Shown here: positions 39,176 to 48,039 of the stretch, one piece after another
Position numbering within the stretch: position 1 is the stretch's first letter
Layout of the letters: each line of letters opens with the position of its first letter
NCBI GenBank assembly: GCA_003551365.1
Contig: PUMM01000063.1
Span: 1-63,590 of the forward strand
Direction: 5' to 3'
DNA: 63,590 nucleotides
DNA from: Clostridia bacterium
GTDB lineage: Bacteria > Bacillota > Sulfobacillia > SLMV01
Translations under genes and position numbers: made by a program
The notes under the pieces: model-generated
Databases searched by the model: none
The model's input: the letters and a program-made list of their open reading frames with translations, nothing else
Told to the model about the DNA's origin: nothing

Positions 39176-40535
39176 CGTGCGAAAGCTGCGGCAAATTGCC
39201 GGCGAGGAGAACGTCCTGGTGGGCGGGGATATACCCGACGACTACTCGCACGATGAAATGGCTCCGGTGACTGCGCAGCCGGAAGTGGTATTTCGCCCGG
39301 GGTGCACCGGTGAGGTTGCTTCCCTGCTGCAGCACTGCCGCGGGCGGGGGATTGCCGTCACCCCCCGGGGCTCCGGCACCGGTCTCATGGGCGGCGCCGT
39401 ACCGGTGTGCGGCGGTGTGCTGCTGGATATGGGCCGGATGAAGGAGATTTTGGAGATAGACTGCGAGAACATGCTGGCGCGGGTGCAGCCGGGAGTCACA
39501 CTCCTGGAGCTGTCCGAGGCGGTTGAGAGCCGCGGTCTGTTTTACGCGCCCGACCCGGGGGAAAAGAGCGGGAGCATCGGGGGGAATGTGAGCACCAATG
39601 CCGGGGGCATGCGGGCAGTGAAGTACGGAGTAACCCGCGATCACGTGCGGGGTATGCAGGTGGTGCTGGCGGACGGAGAGGTGCTGGATCTCGGCGGCCG
39701 GGTCGCGAAAAACTCCACCGGCTACCAGCTGATGCAGATCATAATAGGCAGCGAGGGGACGCTGGCAGTGGTGACGGAGATCACCGTCCGGCTGCTTCCG
39801 CGCCCACCCGCCCTGGCCTCTCTCCTGGTCCAGTTTTCCGATCTGGATCAGGCCATCTCCACCGTGCCGCGTTTTGCCGCTGCGGGCATAACGCCGCAGG
39901 CCATCGAATTCTTCCGCCGCGGGGTCATCACTGCCTCCGAGCAGTACCTGGGGAAGGCCTTCCCCGACCGCAGTGCGCCCGCCTATCTCCTGCTGCGCTT
40001 TGACGGCTCTTCGCGCGAGGAGCTGGAGTCGCAGATGGACGCGGCCGGCCGGGTGTGCCTGGAAAATGGAGCGGAAGATGCCCTCATCGCCGATACTGCC
40101 GAACGCCAGGAAGCGTTGTGGAGCGCGCGCGGCGCCTTCTTGGAAGCCATCAAGCACGACGAAATGGACGAGGCCGATGTGGTGGTTCCGCGGGCAGCAA
40201 TTGCGGAGATGGTGCACTACGCTGACGAGGTGGGCGAGCGGGTGGACCTGCGCATGGAGACCTTCGGACACGCGGGAGACGGCAATCTGCACATCAACAT
40301 GCTGCGGGATGGTTTGCCCTGGGAACAGTGGCGCAGCAGGGTGGATGCGGCCATGGATCTGCTGTACGAAAAGTCGGAAGAGCTCGGGGGGATGGTCAGT
40401 GGGGAGCACGGTATCGGGCACGCCAAGCGCGCGTATCTGCACCGGCACACCGACCGACGCGAGATCGAGCTGATGCGCGGGATCAAGGAACTGTTCGATC
40501 CGTCGGGCATACTGAACCCGCAGAAAGTTCTCTGA
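39147..40535 (+). CDS. FAD-linked 2-hydroxyacid dehydrogenase (GlcD/LctD-like)
   Basis: PRGSGTGL, TNAGGMRAVKYG, GSEGTL, GHAGDGNLH, SGEHGIG, FDP..ILNP. Confidence 0.9.
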   Translation: MSLQAIDNSDVRKLRQIAGEENVLVGGDIPDDYSHDEMAPVTAQPEVVFRPGCTGEVASLLQHCRGRGIAVTPRGSGTGLMGGAVPVCGGVLLDMGRMKEILEIDCENMLARVQPGVTLLELSEAVESRGLFYAPDPGEKSGSIGGNVSTNAGGMRAVKYGVTRDHVRGMQVVLADGEVLDLGGRVAKNSTGYQLMQIIIGSEGTLAVVTEITVRLLPRPPALASLLVQFSDLDQAISTVPRFAAAGITPQAIEFFRRGVITASEQYLGKAFPDRSAPAYLLLRFDGSSREELESQMDAAGRVCLENGAEDALIADTAERQEALWSARGAFLEAIKHDEMDEADVVVPRAAIAEMVHYADEVGERVDLRMETFGHAGDGNLHINMLRDGLPWEQWRSRVDAAMDLLYEKSEELGGMVSGEHGIGHAKRAYLHRHTDRREIELMRGIKELFDPSGILNPQKVL

Positions 40536-40547
40536 ATTGAAGGAGGG

Positions 40548-42146
40548 ATGACCGTGTTCGATACCATAATACGCAATGGATGGTTGTACGATGGGGCGGG
40601 GAGCCCCGGCGTCCCCGCGGATGTGGGGATCGTCGGTGACCGGATCACAGCGGTGGGGGATCTGTCCCCTGCGTCGGCCTCCCGCAACATCGACGCCTCT
40701 GGCCTGGCAGTTTCCCCGGGTTTCATTGACATACACACGCACTCGGACCTGCCGCTGCTGGTGGACGGCGACGCCAATTCGCACGTGCGCTCCGGGGTGA
40801 CCACCAATGTCACCGGCAACTGTGGGAGTTCAGCGGCTCCGGTCAGGGGGGAGGCGGTCGATTTCATGCAGAGGCGCACCGCCGACCTTCCCTTGGAGTG
40901 GACCTGGAATTCGCTCAGCGAGTATTTGGACCGCCTGCGCGACGGGGGGACCAGCGTGAATGTGGCTCCCCTGGTGGGGGCGGGCACGGTGCGGGCCTCG
41001 GTGCTGGGACTGGAGGACCGCGCCCCGGATGAGTCCGAGCTGCAGGAGATGTGTGCCCTGCTGGAGGGGGCCATGAAAGAGGGTGCGTTCGGGCTGAGTA
41101 CTGGCCTGATCTATACTCCCGGCAGCTACGCGGATACCGATGAGATTGTTGCCCTGGCCCGCACTGCCGCCCGGGAGGGGGGACTCTATGCCACACACAT
41201 CCGGGGAGAGAACGACCCCCTGCTGCGGGCGACTGCCGAAGCGCTGGAGGTGGGGCGTCGGGCGGAGATCCCCGCGCAGATATCCCACCTCAAGGCCATG
41301 GGTCGGCACATGTGGGGGCAGAGTGCGGCCCTGCTGGAGATGATAGAGGAGGCGCGCGACGAAGGTGTGGACGTCACCGGGGATCAGTACCCCTACACCG
41401 CCTCCGCCACCGGTCTCGGCGCCTATCTCCCGCCCTGGGCGCACGACGGGGGCGCAGAGGCGCTCATGCGGCGACTGCGCGATCCGCAAGGGCGGGAACG
41501 TATGAAGGAGGACATCCGCGAGGGCTGCGAGGATTGGATCAGCCTGCATCGTGGTGTGGGGTGGGAGAACACCCTGATCACACAGTGTCCGGAGCCCGAG
41601 CTGGAAGGACGATCGATAACTGACATAGCCGAGGAGCGCGGAGATGATGCCTTCGATTGTGCCTTCGACATACTCCTGGAGTGTGAGGGGCGGGTAGGAG
41701 TGGTGTATTTCACCATCGGTGATGAGGATATGGTGAACATAATGCAGCATCCTGCGGTGATGATAGGATCGGATTCCAGCGCAGTTTCTGTGCAGGGCCC
41801 GCTGGCGCGCGGCAAGCCGCACCCACGGGCTTTCGGCACCTTCCCCCGCATCCTGGGAGAATTCGTACGGGACAGACAGATTCTGTCCCGGGGTGAAGCT
41901 GTCCGCAAGATGACCTCCATGCCGGCGCAGAGGTTGGGGCTCTCTGACCGCGGGATCATCCGCCCCGGGGCGCGGGCCGACGTCGTGGTGTTTTCTCCCG
42001 ATGAGATCGGGGACCGCGCCACCTATACCCGCCCATTCGCCTATCCGGATGGCATCCACAACGTCTTCGTCAACGGCCGGGAGACGGTGCGCGGGGGTGA
42101 GCACCTGGGCATCCGCGCCGGGGAAATACTGACGCGCAGTTTCTGA
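40548..42146 (+). CDS. N-acyl-D-amino-acid deacylase (D-aminoacylase family)
   Basis: PGFIDIHTHSD, GNCG, HIRGE, SHLK, DQYPY, GSD, PHPRAFGTFPR. Confidence 0.9.
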   Translation: MTVFDTIIRNGWLYDGAGSPGVPADVGIVGDRITAVGDLSPASASRNIDASGLAVSPGFIDIHTHSDLPLLVDGDANSHVRSGVTTNVTGNCGSSAAPVRGEAVDFMQRRTADLPLEWTWNSLSEYLDRLRDGGTSVNVAPLVGAGTVRASVLGLEDRAPDESELQEMCALLEGAMKEGAFGLSTGLIYTPGSYADTDEIVALARTAAREGGLYATHIRGENDPLLRATAEALEVGRRAEIPAQISHLKAMGRHMWGQSAALLEMIEEARDEGVDVTGDQYPYTASATGLGAYLPPWAHDGGAEALMRRLRDPQGRERMKEDIREGCEDWISLHRGVGWENTLITQCPEPELEGRSITDIAEERGDDAFDCAFDILLECEGRVGVVYFTIGDEDMVNIMQHPAVMIGSDSSAVSVQGPLARGKPHPRAFGTFPRILGEFVRDRQILSRGEAVRKMTSMPAQRLGLSDRGIIRPGARADVVVFSPDEIGDRATYTRPFAYPDGIHNVFVNGRETVRGGEHLGIRAGEILTRSF

Positions 42147-42175
42147 TTCTTTCCGGAAGAGGAGTGATTTACGGC

Positions 42176-43642
42176 ATGCGAGTTGTGGCAGGGCAGATCA
42201 GTCACGAGACCAACAGCTTCAGTCCCGTATCCACTGGCCTCGAGGAGTTTCGCGCGCGGGGTTACGCCACCGGTGAGGAGGTGACGGAGAGATTTTTGGG
42301 CACCCGCACTCCCCTGGGCGGCTTCTTCTCCGCGGGGGAGGAGGCCAAAATGGAGATACTTCCGACCGTGGCGGCATCCGCCGTTCCATCCGGCATCGTC
42401 TGTGCAGATGCCTACCAGCACCTGCTGCAGCAGCTGCGTACCGGCATTGCGGCGGCGGGCGACATCGACGGGGTTCTGCTCGCCCTGCACGGTGCCATGG
42501 TGGTCGACGGCATTGCTGATGCCGAGGGCGATATTCTCCGCCAGGTGCGCGAATGGGTGGGAGATGATGTGCCGGTGGTCTGCACCCTGGACTATCACGC
42601 CAATGTTACTGATGAGATGGTGCAGCGCGCGGACGGCCTCTTCGGGTACAACACCTATCCCCACGTGGACGGTTTCGAGCGGGGGGTGGAAGCGTGCGAA
42701 TTTCTCGCGGCAGTCCTGGACGGCTCGGTGTGCCCGGTGCGTTCCGTGACCCGCCCACCCCTGGCGCCGCCGGTGGTTCCGGCGCGCACCGGATGGGGAC
42801 CGATGCGTGAGCTGATGGAGCGGGCGTTCTCCTGGGAGGAGAGGGATGGCGTCATCGATGTCGGTGCCTACGGCGGTTTCGTCTACTCGGACGTGCGGGA
42901 CGCCGGCCTGGCTTTTGTGGCCACGGTGGACGGAGACCGGGAGCTGGCCGCGCACATCACCCGCGATCTGGCCGGGCGGGCCTGGGAGCTGCGCGAGGAC
43001 TTCGTTGCCGATTTGCTGCCGCCGCAGGAGGCGGTGTGGCGGGCCATGCAGGCCTGTGGGCGACCGGTGATTCTGGCCGATGTGGCCGACAACACCGGCG
43101 GTGGTGCCGCCGGGGACGGGACTGAGTTACTCCGGGCCATGTTAGAGTTGGGCGCGGAGGAGGCCGCCGTGATCATGATTCCCGATCAGGAGGCGGTGCA
43201 GCGGGCTTTTTCGGCCGGGGTGAACGGATCATTTTCCGGGGAGGTGGGCGGCAGGATTGACGGTCTCTCCGGCGACCCAGTACAGGTGGATGGACGGGTG
43301 CGCCTGCTCTCCGATGGGCAGTTCACGCACCGCGGTCCCATGTCCACTGGACTGCGCTCTGATCTCGGGCGCACCGCGGTGGTCGTCTGCGGCGGCGTAG
43401 AGGTAATGCTCACCGAACGACGCCTGCAGCCCCTCGATCCTGCCGTTGCCCGTTCGGTGGGAATCGAGCCGGTGTACCGGAAGATGGTGGCGGTAAAATC
43501 GGCCGTGCACTATCGTGCCGCCTACGAGCCGCTGGCGGAGGAAATAATCGAGGTGGATGGTCCCGGCCTGAGCAGCCCGAACCTGGATCGCTTCGACTTT
43601 CAGAACATCCGCCGCCCCGTATTCCCCCTCGATAGCATGTGA
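42176..43642 (+). CDS. M81 family metallopeptidase (MlrC-like)
   Basis: HETNSFS, LALHGAM, LDYHAN, TYPHVD, DVADNTGGG, VKSAVHYRA. Confidence 0.9.
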   Translation: MRVVAGQISHETNSFSPVSTGLEEFRARGYATGEEVTERFLGTRTPLGGFFSAGEEAKMEILPTVAASAVPSGIVCADAYQHLLQQLRTGIAAAGDIDGVLLALHGAMVVDGIADAEGDILRQVREWVGDDVPVVCTLDYHANVTDEMVQRADGLFGYNTYPHVDGFERGVEACEFLAAVLDGSVCPVRSVTRPPLAPPVVPARTGWGPMRELMERAFSWEERDGVIDVGAYGGFVYSDVRDAGLAFVATVDGDRELAAHITRDLAGRAWELREDFVADLLPPQEAVWRAMQACGRPVILADVADNTGGGAAGDGTELLRAMLELGAEEAAVIMIPDQEAVQRAFSAGVNGSFSGEVGGRIDGLSGDPVQVDGRVRLLSDGQFTHRGPMSTGLRSDLGRTAVVVCGGVEVMLTERRLQPLDPAVARSVGIEPVYRKMVAVKSAVHYRAAYEPLAEEIIEVDGPGLSSPNLDRFDFQNIRRPVFPLDSM

Positions 43643-43919
43643 GCGAAACTGACCCCGGCGGCGATGGAGGCTTCCCGCCGGGGCAGTCCATGTGTGTCGG
43701 GCATGCCCGAATGCTGGCCCTGATGGACTGGGCCAGCAGGGACCAGCGGCTGGGGGACGGGGTGCCCGGGGTGACGTGCGGTGTGAGGGGAGCCGGAGGC
43801 AGAGCTGGCCACCCCCGGACGGGAGTGCGGCAGGTCGGGCGGGTGTGCGCGGCAAGACGAGCTCGCATAATCGCCGAGGGTCCCCTGCCCAAACAGGGGG
43901 GAGGAGGGAGGGTGAGCAC

Positions 43920-44273
43920 ATGCAACTGCAGGTAGTGACCATCTCAGTACGATCGCTGGAGCGTTCCCGGCATTTCTATGAGGAGATCCTTGCGTTTGAG
44001 CCGGAGATCTTCTACGAGGCAACCCGCTGGCAATCCTACCGGTTGGATTGCAGCGGCGGGTTCGGTATCGCCGAGACGCAGGATCTGCAACGTGCTGACA
44101 ACGCGGACATAATCAACTTTTCCGTCGCTGACGTAGAGGCCCTGTGGCATCGCATCCACCACCAGGTCGATGTAGAGGAGGAGCTGGCGATGACCCCCTG
44201 GGGGACGTACAGGTTCGTGATACGGGATCCCGACGGCTTCCGGCTCGGATTCGTCGGGGAGCCGCGGGAATAG
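43920..44273 (+). CDS. VOC/glyoxalase family protein
   Basis: VTISVRSLERSRHFY, FSVADVE, PWG...IRDPDG. Confidence 0.85.
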   Translation: MQLQVVTISVRSLERSRHFYEEILAFEPEIFYEATRWQSYRLDCSGGFGIAETQDLQRADNADIINFSVADVEALWHRIHHQVDVEEELAMTPWGTYRFVIRDPDGFRLGFVGEPRE

Positions 44274-44387
44274 CCCGGGTTATCCTTCGTCCCCGCGCAT
44301 CCTCATGGACTCGCGGCTTCTCACTGCGCGGGGAGAGGACTTCGGGGGGCACCCACGAGTGCGGTACATGCCGGGTTGTTCACTCTG

Positions 44388-44690
44388 CCAGATTGGATTT
44401 GATGTCCCGGTCTGATGCGCGGCGAGAATGGTCTGTATGGCCAACACTGGGAGGCGGCAGTGGCTGAGTCTTCGAGAGTCGCGTCAGCCGTGGCGCGAGA
44501 TCATCGGTCCGACAGCGACGGCAGTGGTCAGATGACGGGCGCTATCGCTCTGCTGGATGTTCAACGGATTTCCTGAAGTCCCTGGGTGTACCTGCGACAG
44601 GTCTCTGACCCAACAGTGGCAGATGCCATTTGCGATCGGTTCATCCAAGTCATCGACGTATCATGAAAAGAGAGTCCACCCGGCAGGTGA
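44388..44690 (+). pseudogene. Decayed IS21-family istB C-terminal fragment
   Basis: 44607-44686 reads DPTVADAICDR, then after a frameshift VHPSHRRIMKRESTR, resembling IstB DPTxADAILDRLVH..h.i.l.GES.R. Confidence 0.4.
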
Positions 44691-44858
44691 TTTCGGCACA
44701 CATGTCAAAGAATAGAGATAATTACGGTGTTTCGCTGATGAGTGCCCGGCGCACGACTGCGCCGATCTCGGCAGGGAGAACCCGGGTATCTCAAGGTCCG
44801 AAACCCCTCTGCAGTGATGGGTTTCACCCAATGCACAAACTCGGGAAGGAGAGGCGCG

Positions 44859-45614
44859 ATGCAGGGCTTGTGGTATAGCTTTCTGGCGGGACTCGCCACC
44901 GCCCTGGGAGCCATCATCATCATCCTGATCACGCAACCTGGCGCAAAGATTCTCTCGGGGTTGCTGGGTTTTGCCGGGGGCATAATGATAGGCATATCTC
45001 TCTTTGATCTGCTGCCGGAGGCGGCAGAATTGGGCTCCGTTGCTGCGGCAGTCCCGGGGTTTCTGCTGGGAGCCGGGCTAATGTTTGCGCTCGACAGATT
45101 TGTTCCCCACGCGCATATGTCTGTTGAAAGCGAGCTGGAGATCGAGTGTGAATACAACGTTTCCGCCGTCAACAACGATGCGATGAGAACTGGTCTTCTC
45201 ATTTTCTTTGGCATCGCTCTGCACAACCTTCCCGAGGGGTTGGCAATTGGTGCGGGCCTGCAGGTCAGCCCCCAGATGGGTCTTTACATGGCTCTGTCCA
45301 TCGGTCTGCATAATATACCGGAGGGTATGGCAGTGGCTGGTCCATTGAGGTCGGGGGGCGTCTCCAGAGTAAATGTGTTTCTCCTCACTCTGCTGGCTGG
45401 ATTGATGACACCGCTCGGGACGGCCGCGGGGTTGCTGTTGTTTCGGGCATCCTCTGCTCTGGTGGCCGGGGGACTCGCCTTTGCTGCAGGTGCCATGATT
45501 TACATAGTCAGTGACGAGTTGATTCCGCAGTCACACCGACTGGACAGTCACACTGCCAATGCTGGCCTGATTGTGGGACTCGTACTGGTCTTTGTTTTGA
45601 CCAGCTCATTCTGA
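44859..45614 (+). CDS. ZIP family metal transporter (ZupT-like)
   Basis: GFAGGIM, IALHNLPEGLAIG, LHNIPEGMAV, GAMIYIV.DELIP. Confidence 0.92.
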   Translation: MQGLWYSFLAGLATALGAIIIILITQPGAKILSGLLGFAGGIMIGISLFDLLPEAAELGSVAAAVPGFLLGAGLMFALDRFVPHAHMSVESELEIECEYNVSAVNNDAMRTGLLIFFGIALHNLPEGLAIGAGLQVSPQMGLYMALSIGLHNIPEGMAVAGPLRSGGVSRVNVFLLTLLAGLMTPLGTAAGLLLFRASSALVAGGLAFAAGAMIYIVSDELIPQSHRLDSHTANAGLIVGLVLVFVLTSSF

Positions 45615-45703
45615 CTCATGTGCTCGTGGCTGCAGAGCAGCTGGTTTGGCATCAATCTGTTTGCGGCGCTGGCGGTGCTGCACTGGCAGCAGGCAAGGTG
45701 AGA

Positions 45704-45748
45704 ACCGCAACAGACCTGCTCCCGACCGCAACAGATACCTCTCCCGAC
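45704..45748. repeat. Imperfect 21/22-bp tandem duplication
   Basis: ACCGCAACAGACCTGCTCCCG followed by ACCGCAACAGATACCTCTCCCG. Confidence 0.6.
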
Positions 45749-45777
45749 GTGAATGCGTCGAGTCCGGTTAGCGGCAT

Positions 45778-45850
45778 GAACCGCCGGATGCGGACCCGCA
45801 TGTCCGGTGGTGCGGGGGGACAGCGGGGATGGCCCCGCCTCCCATTCGGT
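45778..45850 (+). mobile_element. Group II intron 3' remnant (domains V and VI only)
   Basis: GAACCGCCGGATGCGGACCCGCATGTCCGGTGGTG is a canonical DV with CGC triad, followed by a DVI-like hairpin; no RT gene nearby. Confidence 0.8.
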
Positions 45851-47788
45851 TCAGCCGGGATACTCGGGGGTCACCTGCCCGGAGTTTACCAGCTCGCGGA
45901 TTAGGGGGTGGGGGTTGTCCTCCTGCGCCACCAGCACCAATCTGTGGCCAGCGCGGGTCATGGCGGTGAACAGCGTCTTTCTCTCCCGCTCATCGTCCCA
46001 GATGTCCTCGCGCGGTTCGGGAGCACTGATGAACACGTGGGGAAAGCCCAGGCCCTTGGCGCTGTGCACCGTCACCAGCTTGACCGCCGGTACTTCAAAA
46101 CGTATGCGCGAATCGGCATTCGTGCGGAAGTATTCGCACGCTATGTCCATGCGGGCGAGTCGGGTGTGCAGCATGTTCAGGTGGTCGTGAGAATAGGCCA
46201 GGACGGACACCGCCTGCGGCGGCACCTCTCCGTTTTGCAGCAGCTCCTGTATTTCCTCGGTTATGAACAGGATCTCGCTCTCCTCGTCCGAAACGAACAC
46301 GATGCGAGGTTTCTCTCCGGCGTGGGTGAACTGAGCCGGATCGTCATAGTCACCCGGCTGTTCGCTGGCCAGGGGGCGGATCAGGACACCCGCGGCCTGA
46401 AAGACGCGACGGGCGCAGCGGTGTGAGCTGCGCAGCGTGCGCACGCGCCCCCCGCGTATAGCCAGCTCCGCGTCCTTCCAGCGGAAGCCCGGATCGTACA
46501 GCGACTGGGCCACATCGCCAAACAGAAACAGGCGCGATTCATCATCCCCGGCCAGCCTGCGGGCCAGCCGCAGCATGGCGACGGAGAAGTCCTGCGCCTC
46601 GTCTACTATGACGTACCGGTAGGGCGCGAAATCATCGTCATTTTCCAGCTCATCCAGCGCGATGTTGATCAGATCGTCATAGCCCCAGGCCCGCATGTGC
46701 TTCTGCTTCTTCTGCCTGCGGCGGTATATCTCCCAGATAGTCTCCCGCGCCTCTGTCCGCAGGGGATAGCCCCGTCCGGTGCGGTCGGCCTGCAGATACT
46801 CCTCCCGCGACTTGAACCGTCGGCGCAGTATGAAGAAGGCGATCTCATCATGTACCTGCCCGGGGTCCAGGTCGCGCAGGAGGCCGTCACGTTGCGCCCG
46901 GCGGATGGCATTGTTGATGCTGCCCCGCAGAGAGGCGTTGCGATCCCGGGCGGGGATGCCGGGTCGCCAGAGGTCGGTGCGGCCGGTCACATATTCCTCG
47001 CACCAGCGGTGAATGTTGATCACCTCTATATCTTCCGGCAGCACCCCCCCGTACAGATAGGCGAGCATACTACGCAGGTTCTCACGCAGAGTCCGCCCGA
47101 ACCCGAGCAGCAGCAGGCGCCCCTCATCCCGCAGGAGATCGCGCTGCTGCATCAGCTCGTGCAGGTGGCGGCTCAGGTGCAGGGCCATTACCGTTTTCCC
47201 CGAACCTGCCGGTCCCCTTATCACGGCGGGTCCCCGATCCAGACGATCGATGAGTTCGCGCTGTTCATCGGAGAGAGTCGTGAGGTATTCTTCCATGCCC
47301 CGGCGGGCGATGGTGAGCAGATCGTCCGGGTCGGAGAGGCCGATGGGGTCCTCACGGGTGCGCCGCGGCACTGGATCGGACACTGCACCCTGCTCCTTTG
47401 TGTCCGCGGGCGGTGTGTCTTCACGCAGGCGGCGGCGCAGGGTCGGGCTGGCCTGTACGGGCAGAAAATCACCGGCTGACTCGCCCCCGTATCGCTCCAC
47501 CCAGCGGTAGATTTCCCTGCGGTGCTGCACCCGCAGAAGCGCGGTCACGCCCCGCCCCTGCGGCCAGTCCACCGAGCGGTAGTCGCCCGGCGGCCTGGTG
47601 CGGAATAGTTTGACCCGGCTGTCCCTTATGCGCTGACGATCCACGGCGGACATGTCCACCAGCAGGCGACACACGGTGCGCGAGATCTTGCTCGCGCCGT
47701 CGGGATCGTCGCGCGCAATATCCTCCAGGTCCTCGACGAATCGGGGACTGACCATGAGTCGGTCGAATGCCGGCGCGGAGCCCGCCAC
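45851..47788 (-). CDS. UvrD-like SF1 helicase with N-terminal RelE/ParE-like domain
   Basis: GTG start after GGGAGGGGG; N-terminal SPRFVEDL...FRTRPPGDYR...LLRVQHRREIY; GPAGSGKT, IVDEAQD, GDVAQSLY, TVHSAKGLGF, AMTRA. Confidence 0.82.
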   Translation of the reverse strand: MAGSAPAFDRLMVSPRFVEDLEDIARDDPDGASKISRTVCRLLVDMSAVDRQRIRDSRVKLFRTRPPGDYRSVDWPQGRGVTALLRVQHRREIYRWVERYGGESAGDFLPVQASPTLRRRLREDTPPADTKEQGAVSDPVPRRTREDPIGLSDPDDLLTIARRGMEEYLTTLSDEQRELIDRLDRGPAVIRGPAGSGKTVMALHLSRHLHELMQQRDLLRDEGRLLLLGFGRTLRENLRSMLAYLYGGVLPEDIEVINIHRWCEEYVTGRTDLWRPGIPARDRNASLRGSINNAIRRAQRDGLLRDLDPGQVHDEIAFFILRRRFKSREEYLQADRTGRGYPLRTEARETIWEIYRRRQKKQKHMRAWGYDDLINIALDELENDDDFAPYRYVIVDEAQDFSVAMLRLARRLAGDDESRLFLFGDVAQSLYDPGFRWKDAELAIRGGRVRTLRSSHRCARRVFQAAGVLIRPLASEQPGDYDDPAQFTHAGEKPRIVFVSDEESEILFITEEIQELLQNGEVPPQAVSVLAYSHDHLNMLHTRLARMDIACEYFRTNADSRIRFEVPAVKLVTVHSAKGLGFPHVFISAPEPREDIWDDERERKTLFTAMTRAGHRLVLVAQEDNPHPLIRELVNSGQVTPEYPG

Positions 47789-47833
47789 GTGCTTCCCCCC
47801 TCCCGATTGCCGTCGTTCGGTGTCGGCAGCTAC

Positions 47834-47862
47834 ATATTCGATGTTGGACGCGGTTTTCCTCG
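47834..47862 (-). promoter_or_regulatory. Putative sigma-H promoter of the RelE-helicase gene
   Basis: Minus strand CGAGGAAAA-N11-ATCGAATAT. Confidence 0.55.
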
Positions 47863-48039
47863 TTCTGTGCGGGTGCTGGGAGCGGATAACGTGGGAACGA
47901 ACGCCGGCTGCGTCGGCACATCGGAACGGCGGGACAAAGAGCCTCCCAATGCGGCCAGCATATTCCATCTTACCCCCGCGGGTGATCGTCGCCGGGGGTG
48001 GCGCATTGTCTTTCATCCTGCTAATCTGACAAAGGATAA

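Noticed and set aside
43640-43690. TGA followed by a hairpin after the M81 gene as possible selenocysteine read-through
   Set aside because: The protein already ends at the family's usual C-terminus (RRPVFPLD) and the extension is short and featureless.
43660-43730. GGCGATGGAG...CTGATG resembles a fluoride riboswitch
   Set aside because: Spacing and pseudoknot bases do not fit, and the downstream gene is unrelated.
47921-47950. ACGGCGGGACAAAGAGCC resembles the 3' part of a guanidine-I (ykkC) riboswitch upstream of a DMT transporter
   Set aside because: The 5' AGGGTTCCG and GGTCCGAG elements and the closing GGGAG are missing; an Infernal hit would be needed.
47789-48016. N-terminal 76 aa of the 721-aa helicase ORF
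   Set aside because: A strong RBS and a promoter-like motif favour the GTG start at 47788.
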